Below are positions 52,883 to 64,000 of a DNA stretch of 64,000 nucleotides, piece after piece (position 1 is the first letter of the stretch; each line of letters starts with the position of its first letter). The stretch is from Callorhinchus milii (taxonomy: Eukaryota): NCBI RefSeq assembly GCF_018977255.1, contig NW_024704742.1, forward strand, positions 107,014,001 to 107,078,000, written 5' to 3'. The notes under the pieces are model-generated. The model did not search any database. It was not told the DNA's origin and saw nothing but the letters and a program-made list of their open reading frames with translations. A program made the translations under genes and the position numbers.

Positions 52883-55800
52883 ACTAGTCTTCAGTACAAT
52901 TGATAATTTCTACCACTGATCCAAACTTCTAAGGCAATTCAGAGATACTTTTATTATTATCTATTTAAGTCGATAAGAAATAGGTTTGAATAGTAAGTTG
53001 GTGCTGCGGTATTTTCTGTTCACTGCTGTTTAATTTTCTCAGGCAACAATCTGACCTTTAATATACAGTGTTGTTACACGAATATTAGTTTCCATCCTGA
53101 GGCTAGGCACAGTTAACAAGGATGGGGTAAATATTGATAGCACTAATGGGAAGTTTCCTTGGGATACTGCAAATCTAGGCCTGGAATCCAAGTTACATTA
53201 TGTTTCATCATTCTGCTAGATTGTTCTGACAAAACCAAGGATTCATTAGTACAGCTTTACACATTGTAAAGTTTTCAGTAAGTGATTTGCTGGCCACTTT
53301 GACTTGCACATGTCGTGAATGCCTGGAGATGTGCTCAGAGCTCTTTGGCAATGTGGCACTATGCTTGCTTGGAAATGCAAGTGAGTGGAATTGAATAACT
53401 CACTGTCTACATTTTCTGCCTTACATACTTCTGCTTACTGCTGTTCCACTGATGATTCGAATGAGGTAGGATGTCCATTGTGTGAAGAATTGCAATGCAG
53501 ACCGGAACCTTCGACTCTGTGCAACCAACCAGTCAGGGTTCAGTCATGTAAATCGCACTGAGATGCTGCTTCGTGTGAATGGTGCTATATAAGTGCAAGT
53601 TGTTGTTGTAAATCACATTTTTAGATTAATATCCAGTTGTTTTCACTTAATTACTTTTGAGAATCAGAGAGAGATGTATTTTTTTCTTTGGAATATTATC
53701 TGCCCATTGCTCAACTCCCATCAGAGATTAAATACACTAGGGAGAGTTTCTGACACTGCAGAATGGTCTGTAGGACGGAGTAGGCTGAATCGGGTAATTG
53801 ATCTCTTTTTATTCCAGAATAATAATCCTTGCATTAGATATAGCATCTATCGTGTCGGGAGGACATTTCAAAATGCTTCACAAGCAAGAGTAGTGACTGT
53901 GTATTTTGTAGGCAAATGCAGCAGCCAACTTGCACACAGCGATGTCCCATAATACTGTACCTTAAGCTGTGTGACGGAATGCATGAGTACATGTCTCGGC
54001 TGTACTTTTAGGTAATTAGCTTGGGACGGGAGGGTATGGGGTGCTGTGACTTACACGATCATGGGATCGTTGTCATTCACTTTGATGTTTTTTGCAGTTA
54101 GAGTGGTGATTGAACAATTCTTGAACCTGATTGCCGAAAAACAAGAGATATCTTAACATCGCAAAATAATTCAGCGACAATATCTTTTAAAATACCGAAT
54201 ATTTTTTCTCAATTTTATTCCCTGGTTTTCTCCGTCTGCTTCTCGCCTGAAACCATTTGACTCCCTTTTTCTCCTGTTGTGGGACTGGTTGTCCTCTGTT
54301 GGCGTACCTCACTCAAGTGATCATTATTCATATTGACTTGATAGTGAGATTAGGGCAAGCTATCGAACTGTGGCAGCTGCATCCAGCACTTGATGGACAG
54401 TGATCAAGAGCATGACCGTGATTAACATTCCTATCCATAACTGAGGTAAATTGTAGCAGCCAATGGTTGAGATAACTGCACAGATGAAGGATAGAACCTA
54501 GAACTTTCCTAGTTTGTGTGTCGCTCAATATTCATTTGATAAACTCTGAGCCCAGGGGTTATATGTCTAAAACATTTTTATTTTGCACTCATTGCGTTAA
54601 AGACTTAAAACTTTTCACATTGTATTTTCCAGTAGTCCCGAATAATACTGGCCAATATAATTGAAGCAGAATACTAGGTTAGTCAGGGAAGGAGTTGTGA
54701 ACAATGCTGTATTTAGTCATTGCTCCATAATTTCCTGACATGTCTCCCTAGAGTTACCAAAAAACAAGTTTCACTTCTATTTAATGGAGTGAAACTGTCT
54801 GAAGGCAGGAACGTGAAGGCTCCCCACAAATTATAGCTGAGGAATATTTGGTCAGGCCTGAAACAGCAGTCACCATGGACAAATGCCAAAACATCAAGCA
54901 AATGGATGTTGATACTGTTTTCAGTCACATTGGCATTTTATAAATAAATTTGGAATTTGTTGTAATGTGTACTGTTTGTTGAAATTTGTTTGATGTGTGC
55001 AAGATTCGAATAATAACTGAGTTCACAGCCCTCTCTGGATCTGTGAGGCATAATATGATGCAACTCCAGTACCCTTACCGACTTCTTGCAAAATGGATTA
55101 CTAAACAATGCACACTGGAAATAGGACTAACGTAGTTCCTTTTTCTTTTCTAACCAGTAACATAACTGCTTTTCAGAGTTTGGGGTGTGGGAGATGAAGT
55201 CAGAGATGAACTCACTGAATCACAGAGAGCTATCTGAGAATTACAGTCAATTAATTCACTATACAGTATATTCTGTGAAGCTCTTTGAGACGTCTCGAAG
55301 ACGTGATAAGGCGCTATATAAGATGCAGGATTATTATTATAACTAAACATTCAGTAGCAGTAATGGTTAGTTATCAAGGTCAGTGGTTGGAATTGTGGCT
55401 GGATAATTCCTACATCTCTGTGGTTATCTGAATATCCTCAGGCAGGATTTAGCGAGATGTGTTGAGGGCAGGTTAGAACTGATAGTCTGTGTCTCAGATT
55501 GTGTATTGACAACATATCTGATATCTGGATTCAAGCCAGGCTTGTGTCATTCAGTTGTACATGTCTAAACTTGGAGGGAAGCTGAAGGTGATCGGGACTT
55601 GTTTAGAAAAAGCTCTGAAAGTGCTCTGGTTTAGTCTCAGGTGGAGTCTGCAGCACATAAAAGACTGTCTTAGAAACTGATGCCACTGGGTAGCTAGTAC
55701 AAGACTTGGACATGAATTCAAAATTCAACAATTCAACAACAACAACAAGATTGCATTTATAGAGCGCCTTTCACGTCAGGAGGATGTCCCAGAGGGAGCA

Positions 55801-56755
55801 AATGGTTATTGTTGGGGAAGCTGGATCAAAATAGGGGGAGCTATTAAGCGAGGTACTCAGAGGCTGTATTTGGTCCCCTGCTGTTCATTTTATGTATTAA
55901 TGTTCTGGATTTGCAGAACCAATGTAAGGTAGTTGAATAAAGTCACTCAGAGAATTACTTGGTCTTCTTCAAAATGCTGTATTTACTCAACTAACCCCAC
56001 CCTCCTTTCCCTCAATGTTAATTTAAAAGCTAGCAGTGAAACTTTCTGTGCTGGAATGTTAAATCTTGGATTTATTACTATCCTGACGATTTGATTGAAG
56101 ATCTTCCAGCCATTTCTGGAGAGTCCCAAATAGCTTTCTCTTGTTCTCCTTCAAAGAACCGACACCACTGTCATTAAATGTTTGCCACGTGTTCCTGCTC
56201 CATAATCTGCCGTTGCTTGATCACTGACAAACGATAACAGTTAGTCCAATGGCACAAGGTTTGGCAACACTATAACAACACCGATTGCATTTACACAGCG
56301 CTTTTCATATATAAATAAAAGTATCAAAATGCTTTACAAAAGATAAAGTTGTGCCAAACCAGAGAAACAAATGACCACTTTGCTTCATGTGGTTAAATAC
56401 TCCTGACTTTGTATCAGGATCAGATTTTATGTTATGCCAGGGGAAAATCAATCAGATTAGCAGATTACAACACCCTGCGATCACGTCTTCAGTATGTTTT
56501 AAGGCATTTATTTTTCCCCTTGAATAGTAATTGTAGGCAGATTTGTATTTTATCTACTGAATAACGGATTAAAGCCAGTTTATTTTGATTTGATCTGCAA
56601 TTTGTGCCCTTCTGCGATTGATGCATATCAGCATGAAAGAACTGATGTGTTTTTGGCTGCAGGCTCCCACTGTCTCTCAGCGTTGCGACACTCCAACAAT
56701 AAACATTATTTTAACATTGTGGAAAGACTACCAATTGTTTGCACAGATCTTTTTC

Positions 56756-57130
56756 AGTTTGGTTCAGTTGGTAACACTCTCAGCTCGGGGTCAGAAGATT
56801 GTGGGTTTAAACTCCACATCTGGCTTTGAGCTCATAGTCCAGGCTGGGGTACTACTGCATTTGCCCAAGTATCGTCTTTCCCTTGCAATGTTAAACCCAG
56901 GTCCTGTCTGTCTGTTCAGGTGCATGTTAAAGATCCCATGGCAATATTTGAAAAGAGAAGGGACATTATTTGGAGTCATAACCAGCCTCCTGTTTGTCAG
57001 ACCTCTTTGGCACAAATGATTGTGGTGTTTTCTCCCAAATATAGTTACTGGAACTTGTCAATAATTTTCTGTGAATTCATTTGGGACATTTCAACATGAT
57101 AAAACACTATAAAACATTTAAGTTGTTTCT
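56756..57130 (+). mobile_element. SacSINE1-like SINE
   Basis: TGGTTCAGTTGGTAACACTCTC...GTCAGAAGATTGTGGGTTTAAA head and TAAAGATCCCATGGCA body. Confidence 0.75.
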
Positions 57131-57225
57131 TTTCCTTTTTGCTTTAGAGTTTCATTTCTGTCATATTCTAAAAAATCACATTGTAAGAGCTCTTTGTCTG
57201 AAAACAATAACAATTTACATTTAAT

Positions 57226-57547
57226 GTGGAGTCCTGTAGCTCAGTGGTTAGAGCACTCGCTTTGCAAGCGAGAGACCTGAGTTCAATTCCAGGCAGAGGG
57301 CGAAACCTTAGGCAAGTTTCCTTACTCCACACGCCTAATAATAATCCCTCCAAAACCAAAAACAATAATAAATTGGTCATTTTCAATCTACGATTGTTTG
57401 TGAGACATTGCTGTGCGCAATTGGCTGCCGCGTTCGCCCACAAATATACAGTCAATTCACTTTACAGTGTGTTCTGTGAAGCGCTTTGGGACGTCCTCCC
57501 GACGTGAAAAGTGCTATATCAAATGCAAGGATTATTATTATTATTAT
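57226..57547 (+). mobile_element. Young full-length Deu-SINE with a tRNA-Ala(TGC)-like head (EshSINE1-like, from memory)
   Basis: A box TAGCTCAGTGG, anticodon-like CTTTGCAAG, B box GTTCAATTCC, Deu core, L2-like stem-loop and (ATT)n. Confidence 0.93.
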
Positions 57548-57905
57548 ATTGCTCCTTCCTTTCATGTTGGGAAGATGATTCATATAACTGACTGAGGCCC
57601 GAGCTAGGGTGGGAAAGGGGGGGGGGGAGCTGGGGGGGAAACCTGAGTAGGGGCAAAAGGTGTCCGAAATGCAGCAGAAAAGATAGATGTTAAGGTGGTC
57701 TTTGAAGGGAGGGAGGGAGGGAGGGAAGCGAAGCAACTTCAGATGGATTCCAGAGAGCAGGGCAGAATGGCTGAAAGGGTTGTTGTTGGAGCCAGGGCAT
57801 TAGAATTGCAGGAGGTCACAGAGGTAGAGTGGGGTGAGGCCATGGAGGGATTTGAATGTGAGAATCTTGAATACAATCCACTGGGGGTTCGCAAGGCATT
57901 AGAGC
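57548..57905 (-). mobile_element. Decayed L2 3' fragment whose tail (57203-57225) is split off by the SINE
   Basis: Similar to the 3' ends of the other L2 copies. Confidence 0.75.
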
Positions 57906-58133
57906 CAAGCAAACTCGTGAAGCCTGTTACTAGAGAGGACCAGGTTAAATGAAAAGGTTCAAACAATTGAAAGGATGGCAATATAACCATGAACATTGGT
58001 GCAAAGCCTTGGTGGAGGCCTCAGATCAATATCAGCTCCACACCCAAGGTACAATAACACCTAGAGTTGAAATTGTGCCTGTAATCAGTGACATGGATTG
58101 CAGCCATCCTCTATACCTAACTAACAAACTCTC

Positions 58134-58430
58134 AGTCCTGTAGCTCAGTGGTTAGAGCACTCGCTTTGCAAGTGAGAGATCTGGGTTCGATTCCCGGCAG
58201 GGCGAAACCTTGGGCAAGTTTCCTTACTCCATACGCCCAATAATAATCCCTCCAAAAAAAACCAATAATAAATTGGTCATTTTGAATCCATGACTGTTTG
58301 TGGGACATTGCTGTGCGCAATTGGCTGCCGCGTTCGCCCACAAATATACAGTCAATTCACTTTACAGTGTGTTCTGTGAAGCGCTTTGGGACGTCCTCCC
58401 GACGTGAAAAGCGCTATATCAAATGCAAGG

Positions 58431-58486
<56 letters not shown>

Positions 58487-58755
58487 GTGTACCTGCAATG
58501 ATTGGCGATGCTTTCGTTGATCGATTGGGGGATCATTTTTCCGGGGGTAATAAAATTCTTTCAAAAACAAAAATAATAATTATAAATTGGTCACTTCAAC
58601 CTACGACTTTTTGAAGGACACTGCTGTGCGCAATTGGCTGCCGCGTTTCGTCCACTAAATATAGGGTAAATTCACTTTACAGTATATTCTGTGACTCGAT
58701 TTGAGACATCTCGAAGACGTGATATGACGCTATATCAAATGCAAGGATTATTATT
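58134..58755 (+). mobile_element. Young full-length Deu-SINE (58134-58485, long ATT tail) followed by an older long-subtype SINE body
   Basis: tRNA head with GTTCGATTCC, two Deu cores and two tails. Confidence 0.9.
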
Positions 58756-61469
58756 TAAACAGTAAGCACATTACTCAACATTTTGTAGGCAGGTGGACAG
58801 ATTATGTACAAGACAAGGGCACAACTGTCAGAATATATTAAAAAAGCTTCAAAATTATAATCAAATCAATATTTTTCACAAGAAAATATGTCAACTGTTA
58901 CATTTTAACACCATAACCTGACTATTATATCATGGTCCATCTGATTGAAGTTAATGGGAATGTTTTTATTCCTGCAAATATTTATGTGTTGGCTTGAACG
59001 TGCAAAAGGAAGTTTTGAATTTTTCCCCCTCAAACTTTGTAGAGCCTCATTGTCTGAGATTCTGTATACTTGTTTACAGCAGGATCCTATTATAAAAAGC
59101 TTCATTATTATGCAGGTTCGCATATTTCATCAGTTTACAATTCCACCTCTTCCCCTCAGTATATCATTAATGATCCTGCCACTACCGATACAGTTCCACT
59201 ATTTGTCCATTTTTCGCCAGGCAAAATCCAAGATAGCCTCTGGCACCTGATGAACCTAGTTACAGTTGAGAAGCAAAACTTTCAGCAAAGACGGACATTG
59301 CCTTTGTTATCTCTCTAGCTGCTGTTGTCATTTGCGGAAGCTGTTTATCTCTGGAGGCTGCAACTTGTATTACTTGTTCTTAAGTCACTTTCCAACACCC
59401 CTCCTGAGAATACTGCTATATCTCCTGATATTTGAGAGGAGGATAAACTATGTTTGTTTTGAGCCAGCATTCAGTAGTGTAGAATCTCAGATGTCCTATT
59501 TATACATGACACACATGTGGGGTACACAAACCAGTATGGTTGTTACGTCCTGTGATACTGTTGAAACTTCCTCTTGTAAATCTGATAGAAAGGGTTCCGT
59601 CATCTCTCGCTCTGCTTCTCGATCCACCATAGTTAGCTGAATCCTAGCATTGCCAGTGTACAACACAACCCCATGCAGCCACGACACTCTATGAATAGTA
59701 CTCTCTTGTTGCTAGGATTCAAAACAACAGTCAGGCAAACCACATCTGGTTTGCTTGGAAACACTTTATGGTTCTGATGTGGAGCAGAAAGCAATCTGAT
59801 GATGCAACAACAAGATTACATTTGTATAGCGCTTTTCACATCGGGAGGACTCCAAAATTGTGCAACAAGTGTTATTAGAAACAGGCTAAGTTTACTTATG
59901 AACCAGGACGAAACAAGCAGCCTTCTCACATTGTATTGCACTTGTCGGCTGTGATAATACTAACTCGAATAAAAGCCGTGAACTTTGGATGGCATGATAG
60001 TGCTGAGGGCTGTTGTTTAGCGGTCGCAGGGTGTTGCTGTTGATTCAGCCAGTACTGAAGGAGGTAGTGGACTCAGGAGACCTGTTGCCCTTTCACCAGC
60101 AAACATCTTTGTCTTTAAAAATATGGTATTGCAGCTGAAAATTTGACAATCCCTAAAGTTTAAGATGAAATCTTTCAATGCTGGGATTACTGAGTAATTG
60201 GGGACAAAATTGTAGCTCTTGACCTTCATTGAAGAGGATGCAGGATTCAAGATGGCCTGCTGCTTCCAGCCTTCATTTTTCCAATTCACTTTTCAGTCAG
60301 ACGGTTATATTAAAAAGTTTTCATTGATAACAGAGGATGGATTTGTAAAAAATAAAAAGCCGTTATACATTCGATACACGACTGCCTTAGATTGGTGCTC
60401 TTCAATATCACCGAGCTAGAGGTTAGCAACTGCTGTAAACACCTCATTATCTTACAGACCTGGTTGTGCTCCCGGAACCACCAGAGGAACTTGACAGCCA
60501 GAACAATTATATGACCAGGTTAATGTTAGATACAGACCGGGCTACGATGCTGCTTTGTGCTAAGAATGAATCCTTGATTGGAAACAATGGAGCAAATGTG
60601 CAGCATGTGATGTGATAATTAACACTGGTTTTATTTATCACATCACACACTGAAACTTTCCCCTCAATACTAATATAACAAAACCCAAGGACAAGGAAAA
60701 AAATCTAAAAATATGTATAAGATAGCTGTGTCTGCATTACTGAATACTTTTGTGATGAGGCTTATGGGCTGGTTGGTTGCCCAGTGTCGGACTTTAAAAT
60801 GATCACTTTCTCTGGATAAAATCTAGGATTGGGTAAAATATTGATCCAGACCAGCATCGAGGACTAAAAGTGATACTGATTCCAAGAAAATCAACATAGG
60901 GCCTCAAGGTTTAGTAAATTTGCCTATGGTAAATTTCAGACACAAAGAGTAAATATGTTCCAGATCACAGACAGAGAGGCATTAGAGATTAATAGGCATT
61001 GAGACATCTCAACGATGTGATAAGATGCTATATTAAATGTAAGTATTTGTGTTATTATTATTGAAAGACAGATTTCTTCAATTGGATAGGAAACATTCAA
61101 TATGACTGTGGCACTAAAAAAGGATAGTTTATGTTGGAAGCACTTCCCAGGAGTGATTGTCTCCTTTATCTAAATGTGTCCTTCCCAGTAAAAAAAAAGA
61201 TTTTGCATTGCTGTGAGCTCTTCATGGTTTAATAAAAACTGTGGGCATAACACTCATGACATTCGAAAACAAAAGGGAGAATTCATGTCAATCATTGGAT
61301 AGCTTGGATTTTTGCATTCCAATTAACATTGAATTGTTCTGTTATATATCTGAATTTAGCAGGCCTTTTACATTCATCCCTGAACATTGGGTCAATTATG
61401 CATTCTGTACAGATGGGATGTTATCGCTGCCTATCTGAATATCAGCTCTTCAGTGGCAGTTCAGATACG

Positions 61470-61690
61470 AGTCTTTGTACAGAATGTGGTGGGAATGTGG
61501 AACTCATTGCCGGAAGCTGTGGTTGAAACAAAAAACATCAATGTACTTAAGAGGAAACTTGATACAAATATGAGGGAGGAGGTAATAGAATACCAGGGTA
61601 AAGAGGAATAGTGGAGACTCATGTGGATGGCAAACATTGGACTGACTAGTTGGGCAACAGCCTGTTCTGTCTGTAGGTTCTATGTAATAC
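61470..61690 (+). mobile_element. Decayed CR1 3' fragment
   Basis: Encodes VVGMWNSLPEAVVE...LKRKLD, followed by a CR1-type 3' UTR. Confidence 0.75.
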
Positions 61691-62034
61691 TTCCAACCGT
61701 CATTAAAAAGATTCATGGTGGGAAGAAATAAAATGGGTACACTGGAAAAAGGCATCATATTGTGGGCAGAAAGATATTTTGAGACAAGTATATACACAGA
61801 AAACCACAAATTCGTTCCACTTTTCAGTCTTTCCTGTGAACCGTTTTGAGATATCCTCCTAATGTGAAAGAGCTACACCAAATTTAAGGATTATTATTTT
61901 ATATTTTATATTTAGGAGTTCCATTATCTAAGCCATATCATTGGGGGAGAAAGTGAGCGCACGCAAGGCTTTCTCCAGAAGGGACTGAATCAACCCAGGC
62001 TAGACCTCGACACCTAGACTGGCAATGGTAAAAC

Positions 62035-62545
62035 ATAATCCTTGCATTTGATGCAGTGCCTTTCACATCGAAGGATGTCTCAAAGTGCTCCACAAAATTG
62101 ACAGCAAAGTGTAGTGACTGTGTATTTAATAAACGAATGCTGCGATCAATAACCAGTGTCTCACAAACAGCCATGAAGTGAATGACCAATTTCATCTGCT
62201 GGATTGGTGGCCAGGACTCTGGGAGAAATTCCCTTCTCTTTTCAAATAGTGCCATAGGATTTTTAACATTCATTTTACCAGGAAGATGGGACCTCAGTTC
62301 AATATCTCATGCAAAAGATGGCACTTCTGACAAGACAGGACATCTGCCCAGCACTGTATTGGATTGCCAGACTGGATTATATGTTTAAATCCTGATAAGG
62401 ACCCACAACCTTCTGTCTCAAAGGCTCTGGTTGCAGGACCATGTCAGGATTTAAACACATAATCCAACCTGACAATCCAATGCAGTGCTGGGCAGATGTG
62501 CTGTATTGTCAGAAGTGCAATTTAGTGCTACCAACTGAGTCAGCT
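62035..62545 (-). mobile_element. SacSINE1-like SINE containing a 90-bp inverted duplication
   Basis: Tail at 62035, head ...AGTGCTACCAACTGAGTC at 62524-62541. Arms are 62321-62410 and 62429-62518. Confidence 0.82.
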
Positions 62546-62744
62546 TGAAACCCAAAGTGGACTGGTAGAGGACTGGTACTAAGTATTGTGTTTGTCCTCT
62601 CATTTGGAAAACATTTCCTAGCACTGAGGGACATGAAGAGAGAAGATATGGGCAAAATAATTAATAAAAAATATGCAGAGGTTCAGAACGCAAATCACCC
62701 ACAAATACACACAGCCACATCACTTGGCAGTGATGTCTCAATGA

Positions 62745-63165
62745 TAACAACAACAAATTACATTTGTCTAGCGCCTTTCACGTTGGAAGGGTGTCCCAAG
62801 GTGCTGGACAGACAGGGATTTGGACCCAAGCTGGGGATAGGATGATGACTGAAGGCGCAGTCAAAGAGGAAGTTTCTTGGACATGCTTTGAAGGAGGCAA
62901 GGGAAAGAGCAAGGCAAAGGAACAATGGACTGGAGTTTCAACAACTCGATAAGAATAATAATCCTTCCATTTGATAGCGCCTCATCATGCCGCTGAGAAG
63001 TGCTTCACAGATTATACTGTAAAATGGAATGATTGTGTATTTTGTGGGCGAACACGGCAACCAATTTGTGCACAATGTCCCACAAACAGCCATGGAGTGA
63101 ATGACCAATTTTATTTTAATTTGATAAAGGGCTATATCAAATGCAAGGGTTATTATTATAATGAT
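62745..63165. mobile_element. L2 3' fragment (-) and SINE tail (-) nested in a plus-strand SINE tail
   Basis: The host stops at GATGTCTCAATGAT (about 62744) and resumes TGATAAAGGGCTATATCAAATGCAAGG at about 63122. Confidence 0.7.
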
Positions 63166-63732
63166 TATTGAATCAGGGCCCAGTGTCTGAGTCTTGCTTT
63201 TTGACAATTCCTTCTTGAACATTTGAACTATTTGTGATTCTTTTACGATTAGTACATTAGTACTATTTTGTGCATCACCTTTCCTCGGCTTGTTTTCTGA
63301 CTGATGAGCTGGAACAATGAGATGGAGTGACTCCAGATGCTGAGGACTGCACTGGCTGATTCTTTACAGCTGTCAGCAAATGAGTCATTCTGAGCAGCAG
63401 CCAAGGCGAGACCTAAACAAGCCCTAGTTAGTGCAGACCGGGAACTGCTGGTGGCATTTTTATAAGCTTAAAAAACAAAATCCATGCACCTTTGGACAAA
63501 TTACGCAGTATCCATGGTTTGTGTAGAAGGTCAATTTCGCCTTCAAGTAAAAAGTTTAAAAACAGAGTTTATATTGGCCCATTGCATTATTGGGTTTAAT
63601 TTGGAGGTAAATCTTAACAGGATTTGTGTTAGAAATCCCACTGACCTATGGGAGCTCTGCTCCAAAAGTATATTGCTTTGGAGCTTGCTATAAGCTCATC
63701 CTGTTCTGTAATACAGCTACCCACTAATTTCA

Positions 63733-63912
63733 AGCCTGTTTATATCGACATCCCGCATATGTCGACAACAATTTGAAGTCCTGAGCCCTTCTCCATACAG
63801 GAACACGTTGATCTTACTGTGTATGTTGACATTGACATAAATTTCGGCAGGCTTATATCGACAAATTTTATTGGCAAACTTATATTGGATGTTCTTACTG
63901 CTTATATCAACA
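63733..63912. mobile_element. Possible pogo/Tigger-like DNA transposon end
   Basis: Recurrent TTATATCGACA-like motif (about 5 copies). Confidence 0.4.
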
Positions 63913-64000
63913 GCTTGCCTCCCTACGCGGTGCCTGGCTCTCTGATTTGCACAAAGTGCTGAAATGCTCTACTTGAGCTGTGGGGCGTGCAGATGATAAG

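Larger units (their letters stand above)
31107..64000 (+). other. Intron 2 of the SLCO3A1-like gene (more than 32 kb, continues beyond the window)
   Basis: Starts GTAAGT. I did not find the expected next exon (with a GPAxGF-type motif) by eye. Confidence 0.6.

Noticed and set aside
57226..57300. tRNA-Ala(TGC)-like gene (also at 58134, 48410 and 43520)
   Set aside because: It is the head of a SINE, running into the Deu core and L2 tail, with no proper acceptor stem or oligo-T terminator.
63360..63400. AP-1/MARE-like motif TCAGCAAATGAGTCA
   Set aside because: A single short motif is expected by chance in 64 kb, and nothing else supports it.

Overview
This is AT-rich vertebrate genomic DNA, not prokaryotic. 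The repeats (Deu-domain tRNA-SINEs, L2 and CR1 LINEs) point to a cartilaginous fish, probably elephant-shark-like; this is an inference. The only host gene I can support is the 5' part of an SLCO3A1-like (OATP3-family) organic anion transporter on the + strand. It has a short GC-rich first coding exon ending at 20016, a 466-bp second exon (30641-31106), and an intron 2 that runs past the window end. Nearly all other listed ORFs are retroelement remnants or low-complexity artefacts. I see no convincing new biological system. The best leads are: a frameshifted or truncated start of exon 1 and possible paralog status of the gene; repeated antisense nesting of SINE/L2 copies at the same site in older SINE/L2 tails; an L2 segment that appears to have moved into a neighbouring SINE; a candidate solo LTR; a CR1-split palindromic MITE; and several intronic hairpins. 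Family names and human protein comparisons are from memory, not from a search.
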